Assembly: GCA_965248265.1 (NCBI GenBank) | Contig: CBDFJF010000002.1 | Coordinates: forward strand, 2,912,001-2,976,000 | Source of the DNA: Candidatus Latescibacterota bacterium | GTDB lineage: Bacteria; Latescibacterota; UBA2968; UBA8231 | Direction of reading: 5' to 3' | Length of the DNA: 64,000 bases | Shown: in pieces, positions 51,174 to 60,122 of the stretch | How positions within the stretch are numbered: the first letter of the stretch is position 1 | Layout of the letters: each line of letters starts with the position of its first letter | Translations under genes and position numbers: made by a program | The notes under the pieces: generated by a model | Told to the model about the DNA's origin: nothing | Seen by the model: the letters and a program-made list of their open reading frames with translations, nothing else | Database searches by the model: none

Positions 51174-52139
51174 GTGCGAATAGCTCAAGAAGGGACGATC
51201 CTGCTGATGATGGTATCCGCAGGATTGACAGCATCAGCCTCAAACAGCCAGATCCTGGATCTCGATTCACTCAAATCGGTGCAACGGGGTCTGCATGTGG
51301 CCAAGCGGGATCTGATGGAACTGCAAACCCATCAAGAAACCCTGGCCGACAGTCTGTCCAAGGCAATCACCCTGCACCGGCAGCAATCGGCTTCCGGCGA
51401 GTTGATCGAAACGCTCATTCGCCTGGATACCAACTGCCGGGCCCTGGATGCCTTCATCCAACAGCGAGAGCAGCTCGAGTCGAAGGAAGCGACCCTGCGA
51501 CCGGAGCTGAGGGCAGCCTATGATTGGGAGATCAGCCGTTTGTTCACGGAACTGCGTGAGCAGCCCGATGAAGGACTGCTGCTGCAGCTGACGATCTTTC
51601 AGGAGGAGCGCGAAGCGCTCGGCGATGAGATCGTCGACTCACAGATGCGCTATGGCGAGGATATGGCGTTGTCCGACGCCGACGGGCCGGACGAGATCCA
51701 TCAGAAGATCGAGTTGCTGGAGGGTATGGCCAGCGGCTACAGCAAGCGGGCAGATAAGATCGCCAGACGGCTACGCACTCTGGAGGAGGAGAGCAGGCTC
51801 GCCCGGACCATCGCCATGACAACCCGGTTGTCCCGACGAGAAGCTGTGGGGCCTCCCGTGCACCAGCTGCATGGCGTGCACGAGGGCGGCAACAGCGGGC
51901 TCTTGCCTGAGGTTGCCCATCTCCAGGAGAGCATGATTCCAGGGGGGACCGTCGTTCAGGCGTCGACCGTGCGTCCCACCACCAGGACAAGACTTCCGCG
52001 AAGCTTTTCGCTGGATCTGTACATCGAAGGGCTGAAGGTTCAACAGCGAGAGGTGGCGCAGATCCAAGCAGTCGTCCAGGAGCGAATCGCGGTCTTCCGG
52101 TTGCGCCTTGAGGAGCTTCTCGACGACGGAGAACAGTGA
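51174..52139 (+). CDS. Hypothetical exported coiled-coil protein
   Basis: Signal-like N-terminus, heptad-rich helices; 9 nt after the regulator. Confidence 0.55.
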   Translation: MRIAQEGTILLMMVSAGLTASASNSQILDLDSLKSVQRGLHVAKRDLMELQTHQETLADSLSKAITLHRQQSASGELIETLIRLDTNCRALDAFIQQREQLESKEATLRPELRAAYDWEISRLFTELREQPDEGLLLQLTIFQEEREALGDEIVDSQMRYGEDMALSDADGPDEIHQKIELLEGMASGYSKRADKIARRLRTLEEESRLARTIAMTTRLSRREAVGPPVHQLHGVHEGGNSGLLPEVAHLQESMIPGGTVVQASTVRPTTRTRLPRSFSLDLYIEGLKVQQREVAQIQAVVQERIAVFRLRLEELLDDGEQ

Positions 52140-52140
52140 G

Positions 52141-53331
52141 TCAGGTCGCCGGCTGAAGGGTGATCAGGGTCACCTCCGATGGCGCGTTGACCCGCACAGG
52201 CGGTCCCCAGTACCCGGTGCCGCGGGAGACGTAGATCCACGAACAATCGTCGACCTCATGCAACCCGGCCAGGTAGGGTTGCTGCAGGGGCACGATGAAG
52301 TTCCACGGAATGAATTGGCCCCCGTGAGTGTGGCCACACAACAGCAGGTCGAATCCGGCCTTCAGCGACGTCGAGACACTGCGGGGTTGGTGGGCCAACA
52401 GCAGGCGAACATCCGAAGGTGGTGCATCGCAGAGCGCTGCGCCCGGGTTATGGACGTGTTCCGGTAGGTCTGGTACCATTTCCGCAGCCCCGAAATCGGT
52501 AACCCCCGCAATCACCAGCCGTCCGTCACCATGTTCAATGAGTCGGTTTTCATTGAGCAGGACATCCAGCCCCAGGCTTCGGATCTCAGGCAACCAATCG
52601 GTGACCCCGGAATAGTACTCGTGGTTTCCCGTCACGAAGAAACTGCCGTGTCTCGAGCGCAAACGCGCCAATGGCGAGACGTGGGGTTTGAGGCGCTCGA
52701 CAGGGCCGTCCGCGAGATCACCCACGACGGCCACCAGGTCCGCCTCCATGCCATTCACGGTTTCGACGACCGCCTCCACGAATGGTCGCTTGATCGTCGG
52801 ACCAACGTGAAGGTCGCAGATCTGCGCAATGCGGAAGCCATGCAGAGCAGGTGGCAGGCCGCGAATAGGGACGGCGACATCAACCACGCGCGGCCGTCGC
52901 CGAGCCTGGAACATGCCGATACCCGTCGTGATGGAAGACAGGCCGACAATGCTCAGATTCGATATCTCGATAACTACGGGTTCTGCCAAGGGCTCTGGAT
53001 CTGTCCCCCCCAACGCGTACCAGACCGCCTTGGAGGCAGCCAGATAGAGCAACCAGCCAAGGTCGCGTAGGACGAGCAAGGAGAACGTCAGCGTTGCCAG
53101 AGCGACGCCGGAGTATGCCAACCAGGCGATCCCGTCCGCGAAACGGGAATACCATCGCCCAGAATCGCGAAACAGCATGTGGTAGACGTGGGTCAGGGAA
53201 GCCAGTAGAATCAAGGTGCCCCAGACGGCAATCGAAGTGGGGCCTGACAGCTGTGCGGGAATGAGAAGTCGCCAGCCACAGTACCCGTACACGAGTGTGA
53301 CGATGGCGATGGAGATAAGGAAAAAGAGCAA
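52141..53331 (-). CDS. Membrane-bound metallophosphoesterase (YkuE/YaeI-like)
   Basis: DLH, GDLAD, GNHE, LAH, GHTHGGQ; N-terminal TM helices; start uncertain (TTG at 53331). Confidence 0.88.
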   Translation of the reverse strand: MLFFLISIAIVTLVYGYCGWRLLIPAQLSGPTSIAVWGTLILLASLTHVYHMLFRDSGRWYSRFADGIAWLAYSGVALATLTFSLLVLRDLGWLLYLAASKAVWYALGGTDPEPLAEPVVIEISNLSIVGLSSITTGIGMFQARRRPRVVDVAVPIRGLPPALHGFRIAQICDLHVGPTIKRPFVEAVVETVNGMEADLVAVVGDLADGPVERLKPHVSPLARLRSRHGSFFVTGNHEYYSGVTDWLPEIRSLGLDVLLNENRLIEHGDGRLVIAGVTDFGAAEMVPDLPEHVHNPGAALCDAPPSDVRLLLAHQPRSVSTSLKAGFDLLLCGHTHGGQFIPWNFIVPLQQPYLAGLHEVDDCSWIYVSRGTGYWGPPVRVNAPSEVTLITLQPAT

Positions 53332-53397
53332 GTATGGCCCGGGGGAATGCGGGAGAAAGAGTGAGTGGGTGAGGCAGCGGATTAGTTTAGGTTGATG

Positions 53398-53450
53398 CCT
53401 CGGATCGAGCAAAACCCCTCGGATCGAGCAAAACCCCACGGATCGAGCAA
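53398..53450. repeat. 19-bp tandem repeat, about 2.8 copies
   Basis: CCTCGGATCGAGCAAAACC twice, then CCACGGATCGAGCAA. Confidence 0.85.
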
Positions 53451-53482
53451 CATCCGCTCGGACACACCAAAGGAGATCGACG

Positions 53483-54190
53483 ATGAAGTACTTCAGGTAC
53501 CTGCTATTGGCGGTTTGCTGTGGAGCGTTCGCCATGGTTACTGGTGTTGGTGCGGATGATGACGAAGAGGTGCGGAGGATTGAGGTGTCCGGTGTTGGCT
53601 CTGTCAGCAGCAAACCGGATCTGGCTCTGGCCAGCCTGGGTGTGCGGACTTTTGCCAAGTCGGTCCAGCTGGCCGTTTCGGAGAACAATTCCACGGCTGA
53701 GTCCGTCCTGACGGCGTTGGCGAGTGTCGGGATAGAGCCGCATCGCATCGAGACTTCGTCTTACAATGTTTCGGCACAACGGGACTTTCGCCGCGATAAG
53801 CCGGACACCGTTGTTGGCTATTGGGCAAGCAACATGGTGACCGTGGGCATCGTCGACCTGGATCGCGTTGGAGCAGTCCTACAGACAGCCATCGACGCGG
53901 GGGCCAACAACATCTCTAATCTGCGTTTCACTTTGGAAGATCCGGAGCCAGTGAAGAGCCAGGCACGGACGAACGCGGTCGTTGATGCCCGTTTGCGGGC
54001 GCAAACGCTGGCTGCCGCTGCAGATGTCAAATTGGGGGAGGTCGTCACTATTCGTGAGATGGCTGGGCGGACGCCGGTGTTCAAGGATCAACGCATGATG
54101 CTGGAATCGGCGAGTGCCGAAGCCGTGCCCATACGCGTCGATGAGCTCGAGGTTTCCATCCAAGTCGAGATGACCTTCCGGATCGAGTAA
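53483..54190 (+). CDS. SIMPL (DUF541) domain periplasmic protein
   Basis: IEVSG.G.V...PD.A, AGANNI, A..LA.A..V.LG; AAGGAG SD. Confidence 0.9.
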   Translation: MKYFRYLLLAVCCGAFAMVTGVGADDDEEVRRIEVSGVGSVSSKPDLALASLGVRTFAKSVQLAVSENNSTAESVLTALASVGIEPHRIETSSYNVSAQRDFRRDKPDTVVGYWASNMVTVGIVDLDRVGAVLQTAIDAGANNISNLRFTLEDPEPVKSQARTNAVVDARLRAQTLAAAADVKLGEVVTIREMAGRTPVFKDQRMMLESASAEAVPIRVDELEVSIQVEMTFRIE

Positions 54191-54203
54191 GGACTATGCG
54201 ATC

Positions 54204-55313
54204 ATGAGCCGATTGGATCTGAATCATCTGCCGACACTGCCGCAAGTGGCTTGTCCCATCGCGATTTGTGGTGCGGGGGGCATCGTCAATGATGCCCATC
54301 TGCCCGCCTATCGCAAGGCCGGCTTCGCGGTGACGGGAATCTACGATCAAAACCGTGAAGCGGCGGAGCGTACGGCTCAGCGCTTCGAGGTTCCACGAGT
54401 GTACGAGACTCTGGAGGAGCTGGCCGAGGACCCTGATGCGGCCATCATCGACATCGCGGTTCCAGCCACAGAGACCCACGGTGTTGTGAGCTCGGTCGTG
54501 GGGTCCGGGAAAGCCTTGTTGATTCAGAAGCCATTGGGGGAGAGCATGGAGACGGCGCGTGCTACGGTGGACGTCATCGAACAGTCCGGTGTCGTTGCCG
54601 CGGTCAATCAGCAGATGCGCTGGGAACCCGGAGTGCGGGCGGCACAGGCGCTGGCTGCAAGGGGAGATCTGGGTGAGGTCTTCGACATCTCCTTCTCCAT
54701 TTTCGTTGACACGCCGTGGAATCTGTGGGAATGGCTCAAGCGCAAGAACACGATCGATGTGTTGTATCACTCGATTCACTACCTGGATTCCATCCGATTC
54801 ATCACCGGTAAGGAACCGGTGTCACTCTATTGCGACGGCACTACCCAGCCAGGGTACGATGCAGCAGGAGAGACCCGCATCCTCCTCCATCTCGTTTTCG
54901 AGGAGTGTCTGCGCGCCACCGTGCGGACCAACCATCACGCCGCGTACGGTCTGGAGGGGCAGCGGGCCGAGTTTCGTGTGGACGGCACCAGGGGAGTGGC
55001 CATTCGCACGATTGGCCTGCTCATGGATTACCCTAAAGGCGTGGCTGATGCTTTCAGCTACAAGACTGAAGGTGCAGAATGGAGGCAGGTCGATTTCGCT
55101 GAGAGCTGGTTTCCGGATGCCTTCGTGGGACCGGTGTCATCGCTGATGAGGGCGATGACGGGAGAGATAGAGCGCCCGGAAACCGGGGTCAGGGACAATC
55201 TGAAGACACTCGGGCTGGTTTTCGGGGCCTACGAATCGATGCACGAGGGGCGTGTTGTGAATGTCACCAGCCGGGGCAGGTCCCCATCTGCTGGTGCTTC
55301 TGCTGCCTGCTGA
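54204..55313 (+). CDS. Gfo/Idh/MocA family oxidoreductase
   Basis: GAGGIV..AHLPAY, QKPLG, NQQMRW, HSIHYLD. Confidence 0.88.
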   Translation: MSRLDLNHLPTLPQVACPIAICGAGGIVNDAHLPAYRKAGFAVTGIYDQNREAAERTAQRFEVPRVYETLEELAEDPDAAIIDIAVPATETHGVVSSVVGSGKALLIQKPLGESMETARATVDVIEQSGVVAAVNQQMRWEPGVRAAQALAARGDLGEVFDISFSIFVDTPWNLWEWLKRKNTIDVLYHSIHYLDSIRFITGKEPVSLYCDGTTQPGYDAAGETRILLHLVFEECLRATVRTNHHAAYGLEGQRAEFRVDGTRGVAIRTIGLLMDYPKGVADAFSYKTEGAEWRQVDFAESWFPDAFVGPVSSLMRAMTGEIERPETGVRDNLKTLGLVFGAYESMHEGRVVNVTSRGRSPSAGASAAC

Positions 55314-57765
55314 TGTCGTTGATGCGGATGCCTTTGTCACCAAAATTGATGCAGGCGAAGTTTTGCCGGCCGACGTTGGTGGCGGTCAGGTCGACGGTTT
55401 CCTTGAGGATGTTCTCTTTGGTGATGGTGTTGATCATGACCACATCGTAGAGCGCTTCGATGAGTTTGCGTCGCTGAATACGCATGTCGTTAGCGCGGTA
55501 TTTCTGCGCGTACTGCTTAACCACCGTCTTTTGCTCCATGAAACTCCGGTTGCGGCTCTCCGGTAGCACCTCACAGGCGACGATGGCCCAGTCCAGCTCC
55601 GGCATTTCGGAGACAAAGAATGGCTCGGCCTTGTACTTGTTGATGATCTGTGCGACGTTGTCGAACAATTGAGGGAAGGAGCGCACGATAGTCACGAAGT
55701 TGTTCTGTACGATCTTGCCATCCTTCAGATAGCGCGGTAATCGCGGGACGAGGGCGTAGCCATGATCCATAGCCTTGGCGTCCTGGAGCAGTTGTCGCAG
55801 ACTGGGGTCCCGGACCTTCATTGCCCATCGGCGGTCCAGCCGCGCCCGGTCGTCGGGTATGATGGAAATTCCCAGATACTGTTGAAGGTCGTCGAGGGAG
55901 ACCTGGTACATCAGGTCGTCCAATTCGAGTTCCTCCTCCGACTCTTCCTCTTCTTCCTGCTTGATACCCTTCTGTTCCAACTGCGTTTTCTTGAGCCGAG
56001 CGCGACGCTCCTCCTGTGCCTTCTTCAGCTTTGTGGCTCGTTCCTCTGCCGAGGCGAGCTTGCGCGCCTCTCTCTCTCGCTTCTCCTTCTCTACAGGATC
56101 TTCGACTTCCTCTTCTTTTGATTTTCGCGGTCGACGGCCTTTCAGTTTCTCCTCGGCTGCGTCTTGTACTGTTGGGGCGCCTGGGGCTGCTGCTTCGCCA
56201 TCAGTGTCTTGGCCTGGAGTGACGCCGGCGCCCTTCTTTTTCTTCTTTCCGTCTTTGCCTTTTTCGGGCTTGGATCCCGGAGTCTCCTCGACTTCCTGTC
56301 CCTCTGTCGGAGTGAAACCCGGAGTCTCTTCGACCTGGTGACCCTCAGTAGGCGTGAATCCCGGTGTTTCCTCTACCTCGTGTCCGTCAGTTGGTGTGAA
56401 GCCTGGCGTCTCTTCAACCTCGTGACCCTCAGTTGGGGTGAAGCCTGGGGTTTCCTCCGTTTCGTGACCCACAGTGGGAGTGAAACCCGGAGTCTCTTCG
56501 ACCTGGTGACCCTCAGTAGGCGTGAATCCCGGTGTTTCCTCTACCTCATGCCCCTCGGTCGGAGTGAAGCCTGGTGTTTCTTCGATCTCGTGTCCCTCGG
56601 TCGGGGTGAAGCCTGGGGTTTCCTCTACTTCGTGACCCACGGTGGGCGTGAATCCGGCGGTCTCTTCTACCTCGTGTCCCTCGGTCGGGGTGAAGCCCGG
56701 GGTTTCCTCTACTTCGTGACCCTCAGTAGGCGTGAATCCCGGTGTTTCCTCTACCTCATGTCCCTCGGTCGGAGTGAAGCCCGGTGTTTCTTCTACCTCG
56801 TGTCCCTCGGTCGGGGTGAAGCCCGGGGTTTCCTCTACTTCGTGACCCACGGTGGGCGTGAATCCGGCGGTCTCTTCGACTTCGTGCCCCTCAGTTGGTG
56901 TGAAGCCCGCCGCTTCTTCTACCTCATGCCCTTCTGTGGGCGTGAACCCGGAGGTCTCCTCTACCTCGTGTCCTTCGGTTGGGGTGAATCCGTCGCCTTC
57001 TTCTGCTTCCTCTGAGTCTGCATCCTTGCGCCCGCTACCCTTGTTGCCCGAGTAGATGTCATTCTGGAACAGGACCCCAGCCTCTTCATCTTCCTCCCCA
57101 TCCTCCCTGTCGGCCTCGCTGTCGTCAGCATCATCCGCGTCGTCTTCCTCATCGAAAAGCCCTTCTACGTCTTCTCCCTCCTCCTCTCCACCGTCATCGG
57201 CAGCGACGACGGCTTCGGTGGAATCCGACTCGGCATCCTGCTCAGTATCCGCGAACAGGCCTTCCGCATCCTCATCCTCTGCTGCCTCGATGGTCTCTTC
57301 GTGTTGCTCGGACTCTCCGTTGTCATCTGCCGGAGTATCCTCGTCGAGTTCAAGATTTGCTGCCATCGCCTCGGGGTCGTCGGCACCGGCTTCCTCCTCA
57401 TCATCGAAAAGCCCTTCGACCTTCTCGCTGGTACCGTCTTCAGCGAAATCGCCCGAGCCATCCGCATCGAAGGAGTCGTCGCCGTTGCTCTCCACGCCGA
57501 CCTCTTCCTCATCCTCCTCAAATTCGTGTCCTTTGGCGGTCAGCAGATCGGCGATTTGCTGAGCCACCTCACCGCTGACGTAGGGACGGGCGACCAGCAG
57601 GCTTTCGACGGTCTCGTCATTGAGGTCGTTGGCGTCATCGCTTTCCGAGTCATCCTCGTTCACCTGCAACAGGAGCATGGAGACGTATTTCTCCATGAGG
57701 AACTTCTTCTCTTCCTGCTGCAGGGCAGCCTCGGTCCTGATAATCTGTTCTTCGCGGTCGTTCAA
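55264..57765 (-). CDS. Large acidic repeat protein with a C-terminal globular domain
   Basis: 833-aa ORF with AGGAG SD; Asp/Glu-rich region, 17 repeats, charged helix, globular C-terminus. Confidence 0.8.
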   Translation of the reverse strand: MNDREEQIIRTEAALQQEEKKFLMEKYVSMLLLQVNEDDSESDDANDLNDETVESLLVARPYVSGEVAQQIADLLTAKGHEFEEDEEEVGVESNGDDSFDADGSGDFAEDGTSEKVEGLFDDEEEAGADDPEAMAANLELDEDTPADDNGESEQHEETIEAAEDEDAEGLFADTEQDAESDSTEAVVAADDGGEEEGEDVEGLFDEEDDADDADDSEADREDGEEDEEAGVLFQNDIYSGNKGSGRKDADSEEAEEGDGFTPTEGHEVEETSGFTPTEGHEVEEAAGFTPTEGHEVEETAGFTPTVGHEVEETPGFTPTEGHEVEETPGFTPTEGHEVEETPGFTPTEGHEVEETPGFTPTEGHEVEETAGFTPTVGHEVEETPGFTPTEGHEIEETPGFTPTEGHEVEETPGFTPTEGHQVEETPGFTPTVGHETEETPGFTPTEGHEVEETPGFTPTDGHEVEETPGFTPTEGHQVEETPGFTPTEGQEVEETPGSKPEKGKDGKKKKKGAGVTPGQDTDGEAAAPGAPTVQDAAEEKLKGRRPRKSKEEEVEDPVEKEKREREARKLASAEERATKLKKAQEERRARLKKTQLEQKGIKQEEEEESEEELELDDLMYQVSLDDLQQYLGISIIPDDRARLDRRWAMKVRDPSLRQLLQDAKAMDHGYALVPRLPRYLKDGKIVQNNFVTIVRSFPQLFDNVAQIINKYKAEPFFVSEMPELDWAIVACEVLPESRNRSFMEQKTVVKQYAQKYRANDMRIQRRKLIEALYDVVMINTITKENILKETVDLTATNVGRQNFACINFGDKGIRINDISRQQKHQQMGTCPGW
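56278..56991 (-). repeat. 42-bp coding tandem repeat x17 (GFTPTEGHEVEETP)
   Basis: Counted from the translation; variation mostly at synonymous positions. Confidence 0.95.
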
Positions 57766-57803
57766 TCGACTCCTGAGTCGGTGCTATGAGTGCGTGTGTG
57801 TCG

Positions 57804-58862
57804 TCACTCGAATGTCATGACCGGAAAGGCGCCAGGCCAAAGCCGCTTTTTGGCCTTCCAGTGCGGGATCCCGGCTTTCCCATGAATGGCGATCTTGTGA
57901 ACTCTCTGGATCGTAAACACCAGACGCTGTGGACTTTTTTTGCGCGCCCGATAGGTAGTAGCCGTGAGACCACTGCAGTTACGGGCAAACAGGTCCTCTT
58001 CAAGGATTTCCCCACAAATTATACGGTCATAGACGTCTTCGATCACGCTTTTTTGGTTAATGCATTCGCTGGGCAAATCCCAGTCCTTGGCATACGAATT
58101 AAGTTTGCGCTCCGGGCGGCGAAGCGTGCAGTTGAGATACTCCGTGTCGCAAAGTACCCAACGCGGTTCCGGGATGGGCTGCTGGTAGAAATCGTGGCGC
58201 TGGTACCAGTTCGGTTTCTTCTTCTGGCGAAAGAAATAGGATGGAAACTTGCCGCGCAGTGTCTCGAAGGTACACGGGATTGGTTTTCCCGTATCGTCGC
58301 CCATCAGCGGACTGCGAAACAGAATGACGTGGGACGCGAAGGTTTTCTGCAGAGATTGAACATCGTTGCGCTCGATCGCTTCGATGGTCTTGGGCAACAG
58401 AAGGAGATTCTTGAAGAAACTATCGAATGATTGCTGGTGTTGGGCAAAGACGTCGGCGTCGAAGCTGTGTTCGAGAACTTCCTCGTGCTTTTCAAGCGAA
58501 AAGAAACGCTCCATGAAGATCCATCTGGCCTGGTCGATCGGGGGCACGGACAGCAGCGTCGGGACGGGGCCTTCTGGTGGGCCTTTTTCTACCGGTGTTT
58601 TCTTACCCTTTGGTTTGCGCCGTCTCGGAGATGTCGCTTCATCGCCGGCAGCTGCCTCAGCTTCCGCCCCCAAGGATTCGATGTCGTCGTCGAGGTCGAA
58701 TGAGACCTCGCCCCCGTCGCCGTTCCTGAACGCTGCCAGGCGGTCGATGTGAGGCTTGACGTGATGGGCAAGCTCGTAGGCGAGATCCGGATCCGGTACA
58801 GCCTCGCTGCGCTTGTTCTCAAGATCCAGGATGGCCTGAACGAGTGTATCTCTGTCCATCAT
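57804..58862 (-). CDS. Hypothetical protein with a C-terminal domain paralogous to that of 55264-57765
   Basis: Manual alignment of the last ~165 aa of both proteins. Confidence 0.75.
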   Translation of the reverse strand: MMDRDTLVQAILDLENKRSEAVPDPDLAYELAHHVKPHIDRLAAFRNGDGGEVSFDLDDDIESLGAEAEAAAGDEATSPRRRKPKGKKTPVEKGPPEGPVPTLLSVPPIDQARWIFMERFFSLEKHEEVLEHSFDADVFAQHQQSFDSFFKNLLLLPKTIEAIERNDVQSLQKTFASHVILFRSPLMGDDTGKPIPCTFETLRGKFPSYFFRQKKKPNWYQRHDFYQQPIPEPRWVLCDTEYLNCTLRRPERKLNSYAKDWDLPSECINQKSVIEDVYDRIICGEILEEDLFARNCSGLTATTYRARKKSPQRLVFTIQRVHKIAIHGKAGIPHWKAKKRLWPGAFPVMTFE

Positions 58863-59233
58863 GTTTGTCGGCGAAAGAGGTTCAATCGGGACGTCATTGC
58901 GGGCGCACCGGCCAGTGCCTCTCTGTCAAGGGAAAAGTGTCCATAATATATGTAACCGGGCAAACCGATCAAAAACTACGTTTGGCTTCCTAACTCCATT
59001 CATCCCAACATGATAGGAGCCGATAAAGGAGTTCCATATTTTGGCCATTAGGCTCTGAAGGTGGGCGCCCTCTCTCTCATATCGGCAAACATGGCCACAA
59101 GCTTACACCCACGTTCCGGCCGGCCACAACACGCTGATAGCGCTATGTGCCAATGAGTTAGCGCGCTGCGCAACATGATGTACCAGGTCCTGTTCGCCCT
59201 ACATTATCTTGCGGTTTATGAAGGACAATTTTC

Positions 59234-59262
59234 TTGACAGGGTTATCGGCAGCCGGTAACTA
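59234..59262 (+). promoter_or_regulatory. Candidate sigma70 promoter for the SH3-nurA-herA operon
   Basis: Perfect TTGACA at 59234-59239; weak -10 (GTAACT/TAACTA) 16-17 nt downstream. Confidence 0.35.
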
Positions 59263-59332
59263 AGAAGTCTATCGATCGACCGGCGAGTCGCTGGTTTTGA
59301 GGCTGGCCTAAGGGGAACCGAAAGGAAGTATC

Positions 59333-60118
59333 ATGTCTACAGAAGCGGAGCAGACCCGGATGCTGTTTCACCCCAAGGCCACCTCGAGTATCAGGTGCCG
59401 GCCAGGCGTTGCCTGGCTTGTCAGCCTTGTTTGCTGTACCAGTCTAACCGCGATGGGCGCGGCCTTGCAAGAGAGCGGCGTCCTCGTCGTCGAGAAACCG
59501 GAGGAGAATATCCGGAGCGCTCCCAACGGCGAGAAGATCGGCGCTCTGTTCAAAGGGGCCGAAATCGAGAAGATAGGGGAGGATGGCAAATGGATCCGTT
59601 TCCGGATGGAGGGCTGGATCTGGGGTCCTTCGCTGGAAGCCGGAGTAGAATCACCGCTGCAAACCTCAGAGACCCCAGCGCAGGAGGAGAAAAGCCCGGC
59701 CGGTTTGGTTACCCGTAAGCCGCGATCGGCCATTCAAGTCAATCTCGCTCAGGTCCGGGAGCTCGTAAACGAGAGCTATGGTGTGTTCTATTCCATGGAC
59801 CACAACAAGGAGTTGCTGCAGCTGATCGTGCGGTTCCGGTTGGAGGAGAGGGTCGGACGAGACGTTCTGGAGCGTCGACAAGCGGTGATTCAGGCCCAGC
59901 TTTTCGAGCTGTTCGCGGATGGAATCGAGTTCAACAGTATCAGGGTGGAAACCAACCGGCCCGACGGCAGTGGCCAGGTCGGGGTTGAGATTGCCGAAAC
60001 CGATGTGGCAGATTTTGTGGTAGTGGATCGAGTCGCCGACGTGGACGACGATTTGTTGCGCCAGTGGAAGGGAAAATCGCGCATTTCCACTGACGCAGGT
60101 GCCACCTGGAGCCGTTGA
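59333..60118 (+). CDS. Exported protein with a bacterial SH3-like domain
   Basis: Hydrophobic signal/TM; ENIRSAP.G..IG.L.KG...W.R...EGWIW. Confidence 0.65.
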   Translation: MSTEAEQTRMLFHPKATSSIRCRPGVAWLVSLVCCTSLTAMGAALQESGVLVVEKPEENIRSAPNGEKIGALFKGAEIEKIGEDGKWIRFRMEGWIWGPSLEAGVESPLQTSETPAQEEKSPAGLVTRKPRSAIQVNLAQVRELVNESYGVFYSMDHNKELLQLIVRFRLEERVGRDVLERRQAVIQAQLFELFADGIEFNSIRVETNRPDGSGQVGVEIAETDVADFVVVDRVADVDDDLLRQWKGKSRISTDAGATWSR

Positions 60119-60122
60119 GGAT

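Noticed and set aside
53332-53748. N-terminal extension of the metallophosphoesterase ORF (535 aa)
   Set aside because: Overlaps the well-supported SIMPL gene and the tandem repeat; not homologous to the family
56278-56991. CRISPR array or DGR repeat
   Set aside because: Contiguous 42-bp in-frame units with no unique spacers and mostly synonymous variation; no cas or RT genes in the window
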